NCBI RefSeq assembly: GCF_006345805.1
Contig: NC_043019.1
Span: 26,411,360 to 26,475,359 of the forward strand
DNA: 64,000 nt
From: Octopus sinensis
Taxonomy: Eukaryota
Reading direction: 5' to 3'
The first letter of the stretch is position 1; each line of letters opens with the position of its first letter. This document shows, in pieces, positions 11,830 to 25,220 of this stretch. The notes under the pieces are model-generated. The model did no database searches and was not told the origin of the DNA. It saw only the letters and a list, made by a program, of their open reading frames with translations. A program made the position numbers and the translations under genes.

Positions 11830-12305
11830 CCATCAGCAGCAGCAGCACTGTAAACTTGACAAGAGTTTCACAAACTTGTAGTGTTGAGTAACACTTCCTC
11901 CCGTAGGTACAACCTGGAGAGAATCATTTGGCCAGGACTCATTATAATAATAATAATAATAATGAAATTATTGTATACAGTGCTCAGGTGCACCACAACT
12001 TGTCAGAAAGTGCATATAAAGTACATGCAGTAATGTAGAAATGTCTGATGTTATATAAAGGCGAAGTCTTGGATCGACAGATTTTGAAAAGTCTTCGACC
12101 GGCAGATTTTTAAAGTAATTTCTTTGTAACTAAACACTTTTAAATTTCGTATACTGGTAGAGTGTGTTACATAAAACATCTTTTTCTCTTGGCTTTCTTG
12201 AGAAAATTCTGTAGTTTGTAAGCTATTTGTTGTTTAATTTTGAGAAGTTATCAACCATATTAGGGTTATTAGCCGTAGAGAGAAGAAACATTTTCTAACG
12301 CTGGG

Positions 12306-12365
<60 letters not shown>

Positions 12366-12651
12366 TAGAGGGAGATAGAGATAGAGAGATTAACTAAACT
12401 TCTCTGATGTAGTTATGGATGTTTAAAATAATGTACCCCTCATCACACCTTCAAGAAACATCGTTGGAGGCGTTGCAAGGCCTGGAATCGAAACCTTACA
12501 GTTTCAGTGACTGTGTCTACGACACACTTAACTCAGGCGATGTGTCTGGATCATTTCATCAGTCAACTTGCTGAAATGATACCACATGTTAGGGATTGTT
12601 CTATTTTGTTCTTGTAGTTTCCACGTTTTTAAATAATAATAATAATAATAA

Positions 12652-12945
12652 TGATTGTGTACAGTGCTCAGGTGCACTACAACTCATCTAAAGTGTATAT
12701 ATAATCAGGTGTAGTTTCGGCGGATTTCGGAAAGCATGAGGGCCTTAAAGGATGCAGTGTCATGGCAGTCAACAACTGACGCAGGCAGTTTGTTCCATGC
12801 TTCAGCAACTCTGAGCGTGAAAAAATGTTTCCGAAAGTCATGGGAGCTGTGTTGTTTTCTGACTTTGTAGGCATGTCCACGTGTGTTAGACACATGGAGA
12901 TCAAAAAGATGTTCAGTGTTGTTGTTGGTGAGGTGGTTGATAACT
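12652..12945 (-). mobile_element. 5'-truncated CR1-group LINE 3' end, same family as 7440-7944
   Basis: Near-identical to 7445-7735; encodes NTRGHAYKVRKQHSSHDFRKHFFTLRVAEAWNKLP; (ATT)n tail. Confidence 0.9.
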
Positions 12946-14742
12946 TGGTTATTTAAGTAACAATACGCGTAAACAGATGAGGGCGGCGCACTTCGGAAGC
13001 ACAAGCTACATGCTTATTAAATCCACAAGTTTCATTGAATTAAGCTCTGCCCCGAGTTAAAAGATTCTTCGACTAGGATCAACAGAGCATTATTTCTGCT
13101 TCCTATGCGAAGGTAGCCTCTTCTGTTATTAACGTAATTTCAAACTACATTCGTTTTAGCCCACTATTTTACACTACCGCCAAACAACAATGTAAACGTC
13201 TAACTATTATAATAATATTTCGATAGCAGTAAATGTTAATTAAACAACGATAGCTCTAGTTTATTAATGGGCGACTAGCAGTCTATCGTCATATTAGCAC
13301 ATCAAGCAAGACCCATCAGAACTTTATGCTTCAGCGGTATATTATATCTTTCCATCATTGAACTCGGTCCATTAATCAAAGGAGCAGAAAACATTTCGCA
13401 GAAGAGGCAAATAATAAACTCAATGATCTGCGATTAAGAAAAAAAGATCTTGATCTTTTTGGTTTGAATGGCAGTTTTTAACATAATTTCTAGGCAACTA
13501 AAAAAATTTAAACTTCGTATACTGGTAGAATGTGTTTATAAAACATCTTTTTCTCTTGGCTTTATTGAGAAAATTCTATTGTTTGTAAGATATTTGTTGT
13601 TTTTTTTCTTCAATTTCTGCAATTTCAACCAATCAATGACGTCCATTGAGGTAAAAAAGCATTCTGTGCCGTATGAATATGTCCTTCGTTTAAGAAACAG
13701 ATAGGGTTTATTTACATTTGCGAAGAAAAAAAGATATTCTTTCCCCCACCCTAACCCTAAAACAGATTGAAATGCAATAGATCGATACTAGGGTCATAAT
13801 TATGGGTGACAATTTCATGACACCGCTAGAAAAATTGCCGTTCAAACCGAAAAGATCCAAAGATCCTTTCCCAAAATACCGTTTCGTTACAAGAAATAAA
13901 TGAAGTTTCCATAACACAAGAATCCATAGTTCTCTAGTTTCCTAGTTTCCTCCCCGTTTTCCCCTCCAATATTTGACGTTTGATGAGATACGATCCGATA
14001 ACAGCTCTGTATTGTATTATGATGATATGACATCGCCCCCGTGAGCATTAAAATTGAAAGGAAACCATCCACCCACGCCGCCATGTTGTCCACTTTCCTC
14101 CTGTTTCACTAATTAAGATGCTGACGTAGCATTACAAATGTCGTCTGCTTCACTCAAAAATGGAAGACAATTCGTGCTGGACGCAATATTTAGTTAATGG
14201 AGTGGCTTTTAATGGACGTATTGTTGTGGTCATCGTGTGAAGTGTTTATCACACGTGACACAATGGCTATTTATTTCTTCCCCCACCACATCTTTCCATA
14301 TATATGTGTGTCTATAAACACAAACATACGTGCTTTTTTTTTTATACTTTACGGTATATTAATGTATGTTATGTATCTACATGCTTCTGTCTGTATAAAT
14401 ACTTACCTACTCACCTACATATACATGCAAATTCATACAAGTTCATACAGACACATATACATACATACACACACGCATGATTATATGTGTATGCATGTAT
14501 ATATGTGTGTATACACGTACGTACATATGTATGGATATGCACGCTTGCATTTAGGTATGTATGAATGGATGTACGTATGTAAGTATGCCTTAGCTTGCAT
14601 ATGTATGTGGTTGCGTATTTATACAAACACAGGCATGTAGGTGCATAACATACATTAATATATGGGCATACATTCTGGGCGTACACACACACGCACGCAT
14701 GCACACACACACACACACACGCACGCATGCACACACACACAC

Positions 14743-14781
<39 letters not shown>

Positions 14782-15149
14782 ACACACACACAACACACAC
14801 ACACACAGTGTAGCCACAGGCATGGCTATTTAGTCAAAAAGTTGCTTCAGTAACCGTATGATGTTGCGTTCATTCCCGTTGTGCGGCATCTTGAGAATTT
14901 GTCATCTACTATAGCTTCGGGTATAGCCATGCCTTGTGAGTGAAGTTAAGCTCACAGAATCGGCGAAGACGCATGTCGTGCGTGTGTTTGTGTTTTCTGA
15001 ATTTTATAGTATTAAGTATCCATCACGACTGGTCTTACCCATTGGCTTCGTGCAAAAATTATGATAGAGTGTTAGGCAACAAACCAATTATATAAATACA
15101 CTCATCAGAGGTACCCTTATTATTCAATTTTATATTTGTACTGTTTTTT

Positions 15150-15460
15150 TTTCTTTATTTGTATTGTTTTTACGTCCTGTTCTTGTCACTTTTTTTTACC
15201 CCTTCGCAAAATTTTTTTATTTAATTCATTTTGCAGGAAGGATTGCTTCGGCCGGATCGTGTTCTGCTCTTACCTTCGAAACACGCATTGAGTCGAAACA
15301 GGGGCAGCTGATGAAGGGGAATATTCCTTGTATTGTTTGTCTTGTACTCTGTTTTTTCGTTGTTAAAAAAAAGTCCGTTTCCTTGTTTGATTTTATGTTT
15401 TCGTTTCTCGTTGTGTTCTACATTTATTTGTAGTGCTCTGTACTCATATATGCATGTATA
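15150..15460. repeat. Interspersed repeat family C (second copy about 30010-30360), TA/TATG-flanked
   Basis: Both copies share CCTTCGAAAC..CTGA(T/A)GAAGGGGAAT(A/T)TTCCTTGTATT..GTACTC..TTTTTTCGTTG. Class unknown. Confidence 0.6.
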
Positions 15461-15586
15461 TATACATATAGATGTAGGTATGTACATGTATGTATGTATG
15501 TATGCATGCATATGTTTTATTTATTAAATTGTTATTATATGATTGAACGCCACGCGTCGTTTTTTATTCTCCAAGTAAGTTTTTAT

Positions 15587-15626
<40 letters not shown>

Positions 15627-16067
15627 GATAGATAGATAGTAATGTAGTAGGATCAGCCGAGTGATCATGGTTAGTCTCTAGCATAAACAAGTCTTGTATA
15701 GAAAATAGAAATGATTCGATAAATGATCAATAAAGTTTATTAATCAATGCCATCAAATACACTTCGTCCCATACCAAGATGAGACAGATTCCACTAAGAT
15801 GACATATGTTCTACAACTCAATTTCGAAAGCAGCAAGTGTTGTTCATTATAATAAAGTCTGTGAATAAAAAGAATGGAAGAAGTGGTTGAGTACCACAAC
15901 TGTTTCAAAAGAATCACCGAGTGTCTATTACATAGTGTTATGAATACTTCATAGCTATCCGGTGTTGCTTTTCATCAGGTATATGCAGCCATTCAGTTGA
16001 AAGTTATCTGCCGTAATGAATAATGCCAAAAAATTAAAAAAATAAAAGAGCTGGGTGTGGGAGACAA

Positions 16068-16587
16068 ATCTATATATATAAAACTGTAGTTGTGTGAGTG
16101 TCTGTCTCCTACGATTTAGATTCCTAACTCCTCCCACATTTTGCGGTGCAGTTTAACCAAATTCGGGTATCTTATAGTCGTGATTAATATCAAGCCCGTC
16201 TGACTATTAGCGCGCGTCTACGATGAGTCTACGATTTTAAAAATAATTTAACATCATTTTTGATTCCATTTTAATGCATAATTTTTCGTGTGTCGATGGC
16301 GGCGGAGTTGGCGTCCACGCTCAAACACCTGCACCTGTGTTTGCTTCTCCCCCTTCTTCCCTCCCTCGTGAAGCTGTGGGGAAGGGAGTTTAAGGAAATC
16401 AACGTCGTAATGCGTTGTCAAGGAGACCAGCGTTCTTTTAGAACAACGACTTCATGGCTTGAAGACACCAAAACAGAAATGGCTAAGAAAGCCCGAATTG
16501 GCATCTATAAGGGAAGTAACTCTCTAAAAATGCTTATATAGTTATTTCCCTTACAAACCCGAGCAACGCCGGGCGATACTGCTAGTA
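16068..16587 (-). mobile_element. Helitron/Helentron-like non-autonomous element with about 220 bp of extra internal sequence
   Basis: 5' TACTAGCAGTATCGCCCGGCGTTGCTCGGG (subterminal hairpin), 3' TTTTATATATATAGAT, no TSD seen. Classification is inferred from the end structure. Confidence 0.55.
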
Positions 16588-16736
16588 CTTTATAAAGAAG
16601 TAAAGAGAATAAAAAAAGCGAGTGGAAAGTGGAACTGGTAAAGATCGAGTGGCATGCCTACTCAATAGAATACCTTAGTGTGGTTTTATTTTACTAGGTG
16701 CATCGTCAAATTCCTTGACTTGCTAATTCATATATA

Positions 16737-17137
16737 TACTAGCAGTATCACCCGGCGTTGCTCGGGTTTGTAAGGGAAATAACTATAAAGCATTTTTAGA
16801 GAGTTATAGCCAAAAAATAGCAAAAAAAGCATTAAAAACGGAAAAAAAATTATGGTAAATTTTTTTTTAAATCGTTGACTCATCGTAGACATTTTTAGAG
16901 AGTTACTTCCCTTATATAATAGCGAAAAAATGCATTAAAATGGAAAAAAATGATGGTAAATTATTTTTAAAATAGTAGACTCATCGTAGATGCGCGCTAA
17001 TACCCAGAAGGGCTCGATATGAATCACGACTATAAGATACCCGGTTTTGGTTAAACTGCACCGCGCAAAATGTGGGAGTAGTTAGGAATCTAAATCATAG
17101 GAGACAGACACACAACCTTACTTTTATATATAAAGAT
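16737..17137 (+). mobile_element. Helitron/Helentron-like non-autonomous element, same family, opposite orientation
   Basis: Same termini (TACTAGCAGTATCACCCGGCGTTGCTCGGG..CTTTTATATATAAAGAT). Confidence 0.55.
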
Positions 17138-17157
17138 ATATGTGTGTGTGTGTGTGT

Positions 17158-17420
17158 GGAGGCGCAATGGCCCAGTGGTTAGGGTAGCGGACTCATGGTT
17201 GTAGGATCGTAGTTTCGATTTCCAGACCAGGCGTTGTGAGTGTTTATTGAGCGAAAACACCTAAAGCTCCACGAGGCTCTGGCAAGGGGTGGTGGTGATC
17301 CCTGCTGTACTCTTTTGCCACAACTTTCAATGTCATTTGAAGGCTAAAACAATGCGAAGTGCATTGTGACCAGCGATGTGTAACAACATCTGATAGCCTG
17401 GTCAGTCACATGATCACGTG
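17158..17420 (+). mobile_element. tRNA-derived SINE family S3 head with an alternative 3' part
   Basis: GGAGGCGCAATGGCCCAGTGG A box; matches 58019 for about 170 nt and then diverges. Confidence 0.75.
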
Positions 17421-17486
17421 ATATATATATATGTGTGTGTGTTAGCGTGTGTGTGTGTGTGGTGTGTGTGTGTGTGTGTATGTATG

Positions 17487-17549
<63 letters not shown>

Positions 17550-17799
17550 CGTTCCCCTCTAGCAACCTTCAACTTATTCTATCCAAAGGGAATTTTAGCC
17601 AAATATCTACTTGCTATTATTTATTGCTTTATCTGCTTCAAGATTCACCGTTACTCAAAATAATTATTTCGCCTTCTTGGCGTTTCTTAATTCTCACGAC
17701 GTCCGTAATACACACACACAGAGGCATGTACACACATGCACACATTCACAAATTAGTGGGAAAACTAAAAAATCACTGTAAGGAAGAAATAGAAGCACA

Positions 17800-18620
17800 T
17801 ATAATAGACGTTTGTCCAATAACATTGACAAGACAAATATAAAACCTGATACCAACACAAGAAATTTCATAAACCACGAAGCCAAAGACATTCGCCACTA
17901 ACCTTAAAATAGACGACAGAATCGATTATCTAATCTTACTTAAACTCTACATTATATTCAAAGATCACAAAGACAATTTCATTAACATCTCTAAATGTGG
18001 GTTAACTAAACATTCTTAAAAGAATGTTTTGGATAGTTAGCAAAACACGTCCTGGTTTCTGTTATTAAACTTAGAAGTAAAAAGTTATTTATCTTTCACA
18101 ATGGAATAAGTGCTTCCATAAAACAGCATTGTAAACTTACAGGAGTTGACACAATGAAATTTTTATCCTTCTGTATCTAAATATTTTCCTTGTAAATCCT
18201 CATAAATCCTCAATTTAAATAAGTAATCTCGTGCTAATTAGCGACTTCAATATCAGAATCTTTTATTCTTTCTTGATTGAGTCTAGGTTAAAAAAAATGG
18301 GAAAGAGTTGTTTGATGTTTCCCTGAACTCTTTCGATGGAGATGAATTGTGCGAAAGTATTGATATATATATTTATATCAATGCACTGTGGCGATCATCC
18401 AACGATCTTGGGTAACATTGAATGGTCGTGACCGAGATAGCTTTAGAAAATACATTTTGGAATTACTTACATGGCAACACTGTTGATACCAATTCTGGTG
18501 TAGTCATCAGTTATTGATGCTATTTTAAATTTAGTTACGAACAAATTCTTTCTTCATAGACAAAAAAAAAAAGAAGACTAATTTATATAAATAAGGATTC
18601 AAACCAACCTCAAACTTTGT
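17800..18620 (+). pseudogene. Decayed Penelope-like element reverse transcriptase
   Basis: Frameshifted segments ATNLKIDDRIDYL..IIFKDHKDNF..KCGL, KELFDVSLNSFDGDELCESIDIYIL (compare FDVTMGSxDGAExCELVGLYIL), LNGRDRDSFRKYI, DAILNL..YINKDSNQP (compare YINxxSNHP). Confidence 0.75.
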
Positions 18621-18629
18621 ATTCAATAT

Positions 18630-18880
18630 TATGATAGTAGGCTGTAAAATTCATAGACTGACAATGAAGGAGTCATGCTACAGCAATAAAACATTGCATG
18701 CATTAATTTTAACTCTTGTTATTAATGGCTGCTTTATTTCTGTCCAGGTAAATTGACATCTGACTCCAAAGAAGACTTCAAAAGTTACTTGTAGTCACTG
18801 CTCTTGAAAATGGACAAAATTTGGTATCCTGGTGTTAAGCAGTATGATTAAAAAAAATGGTTTAGCCCCCGTGAACAATC
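18630..18880 (+). mobile_element. Mariner 5' fragment
   Basis: TIR-like left end, then ATG GAC AAA ATT TGG (MDKIW..GV..Y..GLAP) resembling a mariner transposase N-terminus. Confidence 0.55.
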
Positions 18881-20340
18881 TGATTCCACCAAAATACTTT
18901 CACTTCTTCGTATCTAAGAACGTGCAATGTAGCTCGGACGAGACACTTGTGTAATTCAAATGTCCTCCTTATTTCACCTCTTCATGACTGGACGATTGAT
19001 TTTGCATGTTCTTTTTTTAGATAGCATCTCTTTGCAAAAACTGCACGATTCCCCTGGTTATTTGATGAAAATCAAAGGATGATAAGTAAAGTATTTTATA
19101 TCTCCTACCTGATTTAAATATCCTGCTGTAAGGGAAGTCTTGATTAATTTTGTTTTTCTCTTAGTCACTACCGTTATGTTACAGTTAATTGACTTAGCTA
19201 TTTGCTTTTTATGCTGAAGGCATCCCTAGGTATTCTTCTTCGTCACTATTGTATGTCGTCATGCCAACCCATCTAAACTACTGCACATCTTACCGCCAGT
19301 CAGGCAAGTGCAGAGATGTTTTTGCTGTGTTGATGAGGCTGAATAATGCCGGAACATATCTAAAGTTATCTCGCACTTGAAGGGTTAATCTTAAATACAG
19401 ACCAGATTTAATTAATATAAATTTTTTTGTTGCTAAGAGGCATGGCCTAGTGGTTAAGCATTTGGACTCATGACAGCAAGGTATGTATGTATATGTATAT
19501 GTATATGTGTGTGTGTGTGTGTATGTATATCTACATATATAGATCAAAACAGTTTGATTAAAATTCATTGGTACTCTGAGTTTCAAGTGTGATGCTAGTC
19601 TTCAGCCATATATATATATATATAGAGAGAGAGAGGCATGGCTGCGTGGTAAGAAGCTTGCTTGCCAACCACACGGTTCCAGGGTCAGTCTCACTACGGG
19701 GAACCTTAGACAAGTGTCTTCTACTATAGCCTTGGGCCAACAAAAGCCTTGTGAGTGAATTTGGTAGACGGAAACTGAAAGGAACCCGTTGTATATATAC
19801 ATATGTACATATATCTATGTGTATGTGTCTTTCTGTCTGTGTTTGTCACCCCGATCCCCACACCGCTTGACAACTGGTGTTAGTGTGTTTGCATCCCTGT
19901 AACTTAGCGGTTCAGCAAAAGAGACTGATAAAATAAGTATCAGGCTTAAAAAAGAAGTGCTGGGGTCGATTCATTCGACTAAAGCTTCTTCAAGGTGCTG
20001 CTCCAGCATGACCACTGTCTAATGACTGAAACAAGTAAAAGATAAAAGATATATATGATGGGCTTCTTTCAGTTTCCTTCTACCAAATCCACTGACAAGG
20101 CTTTGGTCAGCCTGAAGACTCTTCAGTAGAGGACTCTTGCCCCAGGTGCCAGACAGTGGGATTGAACCTGAAACCTCGTGATTGGGAAACAAGTTTCTTT
20201 CCTTTTCCAGTATCGTGCATTGTCCCCTATTACATTTTAAAGATGATATGGTATGATTTAGGGGGAATTTGGTTGTTATTTCTAGCACGTGGAACAACTA
20301 AAACGTGGTTTCTTCTGTTGGCTTGTTGCTATTGTTGTGG

Positions 20341-20375
<35 letters not shown>

Positions 20376-20896
20376 CAACTGATGCTGATTTTGTTGTTGT
20401 TGTTGTTGTTGGCATTTTGATGATGACCGCATTGGAGGTCAATCACCTTTCCTTCCTTCTTGATAATAATGACGATGATGATGATGATGATAACAACAAC
20501 AACAATCATTATAATGATAGCATATATACAATATGATAACATATATACAAGCTTGTGTATGTATATGTGTGTGTGTATGTGTGTGTGTGTGTGTGTATGT
20601 GTGTGCGTGTGTGTGTGTGTGTGTGTGATTCCATTGTAATTGTTAAGAGGTAATCTATTAATGATTCCAAGTTTGTTTGCTGTCGTCCTCCCTCCCTCCC
20701 TCATTCCCTCCCCACCACTTCTTGCCTCTCTTTCTTTCTCCTTCCTTGTCTTCTGTTGTTGTTGTTGTTTTTTGTGTGTTATTGTTTGTCTTTCTGGTGG
20801 TTTTTCGCTGGCTTTTGTGGTGGTTGATCTTATTAAAAGAATTGCAATGGAGAGACGACAAAAGTCACACCAGGCTTTGGTAGCATACTAACACAT

Positions 20897-20929
<33 letters not shown>

Positions 20930-20969
20930 CTTGTCTGTCTTTCTGCCTGCCTGCCTGTCTATCTATCTA

Positions 20970-21010
<41 letters not shown>

Positions 21011-21277
21011 CTGTCTGTCTGTCTGTCCGTCCGTCTGTCTGTCTGTCTGTCCGTCCGTCTGTCTGTCCGTCTGTCTGTCTGTCTATCAATCTATGTATGT
21101 ATGTATGTATGTATGTATGTATGTATGTATGTATCTATCTATCTATCTATCTATCTATCTGTGTGTATGTATGTATAATATATATATATATATATGAATA
21201 TAAAACAACACACACACACAGATATATATATGTGTATGTATATATAATATATAATATATAATATATATATATAATAT

Positions 21278-21310
<33 letters not shown>

Positions 21311-21346
21311 TATATATACATATATATATATATAATATATATATAT

Positions 21347-21392
<46 letters not shown>

Positions 21393-21740
21393 TATATATA
21401 TACATACATATTATATATATATTTGTGCATGCGTGCATGTATTTTCTCCCTCTTAAATCTGCTGTGAAGATCTGCTCTGGCATGTCTTAAGCTCTATAAA
21501 TATATCTCTTAAGATTCACTCTAAAACTCAGAATCCCATTTGACCCTCTGATCTTTAACATAAAAACTGCAACAGGTGTTTTGCCCTTCGCTAACCAAAT
21601 GTGTACAGAAACTGAATGGCTGAGCAGTAAAAACGGTTAATAAAATCCTTGATACAAAATTTACACAAAGTGATGAATAAAAGGTTGTACCCTAATTATA
21701 CACCTACATACAGGCACACACACACACACACCACACACAC

Positions 21741-21782
<42 letters not shown>

Positions 21783-21789
21783 GCTATGT

Positions 21790-22085
21790 ACATACATACA
21801 CTGAAAAACAAAGACCCACTCTGGTCATGAATGGCCAAGGAATTGCACCTAAAAACTTAGCCTCCTAGTTTGGGTAGGGTTGTTAAGGGAAGACCAGCAG
21901 TCGCTCATGCTTACCAGCCTCTCCTCTCCACTCTACTGATGTTATCCAAGAGAAAGGCAACGGGGCCGATACAGCTTGGCACCAGTGACGTCGCAACTCA
22001 TTTCTACAGCTGAGTGAACTGGTGTAATGTGAAATAAAGTGTCTTTTTCAAGAACATATCATACAGCCTGATCCAGGAATTGAAC
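21790..22085 (-). mobile_element. tRNA-derived SINE family S4
   Basis: Reverse complement contains TTCTTGAAAAAGACACTTTATTTCACATTACACCAGTTCACTCAGCTGTAGAAATGAGTTGCGACGTCAC; part recurs at 39055-39120. Confidence 0.6.
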
Positions 22086-22097
22086 ACAATTATTATT

Positions 22098-22566
22098 GTG
22101 TGAAAGAGCAGCGCATGCCATCAAAGAAACACTGGGGTAAAATATACGAAGCCCAGTATACCAATCATGACTACTTGTCTGATAAGGGTACACCAGGCAC
22201 ATGCATCACAACCATATGTGCAAGACATGGTGACCTTTTATCAAGATAAACAGCGCATGACCTTGCAGGTGGGGCTCAGTCAGAATTTCCTTCAGGTCGA
22301 GTAGGCCATCCCACTCAAAAGGTCCCTGAATAAGGGTTGTTTAAGGATGATGAACAAAACACTCATGTTTCCGGAGGTGAATTATCCAAACCCAAAAGAA
22401 TTCCTTTCAACACATGGCTATGATGCCCCCCCCCCACTACTTCTGCTCGTGATCAGAGATGCACATTTCGTCAGTCACTAAGGGACATGCTCAACTGGTT
22501 AAGGTCAAACAATTGATAAGCAAATCTGTGGTATTGAGCAGAATATTTGCTGAAGCCCATCTTTTT
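22098..22566 (-). mobile_element. About 560-bp retroposon family S5, inverted copy, 5'-truncated
   Basis: Reverse complement of 24720-25182. Confidence 0.8.
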
Positions 22567-22592
22567 ATTATTAGAAATCATCATCATCATCA

Positions 22593-22651
<59 letters not shown>

Positions 22652-22840
22652 TGATAAAAATTCTCAGCGTATTTTGCTGGGTATGAAGGAAAGTGTCAGC
22701 TGTCCACAGCCAGCAGACTAAGGTGACACTTGTTTACCAGTCAAGCTTCAAGGACCTTGTGAAGAATTCTTGCAATTTCAAGCAATGCTGAAAGTGTTCT
22801 ATCCTTACATTTGTAGCAATACTTTTTGAGCCATGTCGTA
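22652..22840 (-). mobile_element. R4/Dong-clade non-LTR retrotransposon 3' end inside a (TAA)n tract
   Basis: C-terminal ..SALLEIARILHKVLEA* (compare LLGTARILRKVL); (TAA)n on both sides. Confidence 0.65.
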
Positions 22841-22842
22841 TA

Positions 22843-22895
<53 letters not shown>

Positions 22896-23522
22896 CTTTA
22901 TCGTTATTTATGTCTAATTCCAATGTATATGCAATCTACAACACCAAAAAGTTATTTGTAGAAAAATTTTGTTTAAAACTATCCATTTTGCTAAAAGTTA
23001 TGAAGAGACAAAATCGGTGGGCAGGTATGTTCAATCCATTAAGCCTCAGCATCTCAGTTGCCATTTGGTGATTGTGACACACCTTCTGGGGGGTGGGGGT
23101 GGATAATTTGAAGGAATCAAGTGTTCATGTAGTATGGCATTTGATATACCTGTATTTGGCTATGTTATTGGACTACATTTCTCTGAACACCGACTGGTCA
23201 ATGGCTTGCATTTATCTTACACATACTTACGTACATACATACATACATGCATACACACATGCATACTTACACACATGCATATGTATATCCATAGCTATAT
23301 CTATCTATCTATCTATCTATCCGAATACATACACACATTTATATGCATGCATACATTCATATACACACAAAATACACACACTTATACATATATATATACA
23401 TCTATACATGTATGTATATATTTATATATATATGTATGTATAAATGTGTATATATATATGTGTGGTATATATATATATATGATGTATGTATTCATACATA
23501 CATATATACATCCATACATGTA

Positions 23523-23568
<46 letters not shown>

Positions 23569-24479
23569 GTGTATATATATGATATATATATAATATATAT
23601 ATAATATATATATTATATATATATATACACATACATATGTACATATATATATGTATATATGTATTTGTATACATACGTACATACATACATATACATATAT
23701 CTTCAGCAGTCTAAGCATCTACCTACTTATCTCTACAAATATGTTTACATACATACACATACATTCATATACATCTACATATATGCACATATACTTACAT
23801 ATGTATGCAATTACATCACACACACACACACACCACCACACACGCACAGATGCCGAGCTATGTTCTCATGTATCACTGTCCATTTATACATTTTGCATGA
23901 TCACATGTTAGTAATTCCATCTTGTCAGCGAACCAGTTGAGAAAGGGTCAGCTGCGGTCAGAGAAATAAACTGAAATAAAATAATAATACATTTTCTTCT
24001 TCTACAACAACTAAACTGTAAGCTGTAAACAGCAGCTTGCCTTCTTGCTCCCACTCTTGGTCACTTCATTCGACGCTAATACAATCCTATTGAATTATAT
24101 CTTCTACACCACTTAACATACCACATACACACACACACATAGACACAACACACATACACACACATACGCATACACACACACACACAAACACATATGCACA
24201 TGCGCGTACACACGCACACACATACATGCGCACACACGTATGCGCACGACTCTACAATTTGTTTTGCGTCACTTTTCGAGTGGTAAAGCTAATGACAACA
24301 ACAGCAATAACAATAACAATGACGACGATGATGGTGATGATGATGATGATGATGACGATGATGATGATTTCTTTTATTTGCCACCTGGGCGACAGATGTA
24401 GAGGACAATACAATGATGGACATAAATTGTGGGGACTGAATGAGGAAAAACAAAACAAGTAAATATGCTCCCAATAATA

Positions 24480-24525
<46 letters not shown>

Positions 24526-24589
24526 TAAGCTTTGCGCAGAAGCGGTACCATGGCCAATGAGGTAAATCCGAGGTGTGGTTATTGCTAGT

Positions 24590-24625
<36 letters not shown>

Positions 24626-24628
<3 letters not shown>

Positions 24629-25182
24629 GCCCTGATGCAGTACCAGGCAGTGGCTCTCACGGCTTCTGATCTTAACTGATTGGAAGTGTTATCATGTACA
24701 TTGTTTTGTCTTTGTATAAAAGATGGGCTACAGCAAATATTCTGCTCAATACCACAGATTTGCTTGTCAGTTGTTTGACCTTAACCAGTTGAGCATGTCC
24801 CTTAGTGGCTGACGATATGTGCATCTCTGATCACGAGCAGAAGTAGTGGGGGAGCATCATAGCCATGTGTTGAGAGGAATTCTTTGGGGTTTGAATAATT
24901 CACCTCTGGAAACATGGGTGTTTCGTTCAACATCCTTAAGCAACTCTTATTCAGGGACCTTTTGAGCGGGATGGGCTACTCAACCTGAAGAAAATTCTAA
25001 CTGGGTCCCACCTGCAAGGTCATGTGCTGTTTATCTTGATATGAGATCACCATGTCGCGCACATATGGTTGTGATGCATGTGCCTGGTGTACCCTTATCA
25101 GACGGGTAGTCATGATGGGTATATTGGGCTTCGTATATTTTACCCCAGTGTCACTTTGATGGCATGCACTGCTCTCTCACTC

Positions 25183-25220
<38 letters not shown>

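Noticed and set aside
15273-15330. Hammerhead core halves in type II order (CCTTC-GAAAC..GTC..CTGATGA) in family C, also at about 30175-30232
   Set aside because: No stem I can be formed after the putative cleavage site, and CTGATGA-hairpin is not followed by GAAA, so a complete fold could not be built in cis.
20600-24560. Unique blocks between microsatellites rich in TAAT/E-box words as enhancers
   Set aside because: Such short motifs are expected by chance in AT-rich DNA and cannot be supported without conservation or chromatin data.
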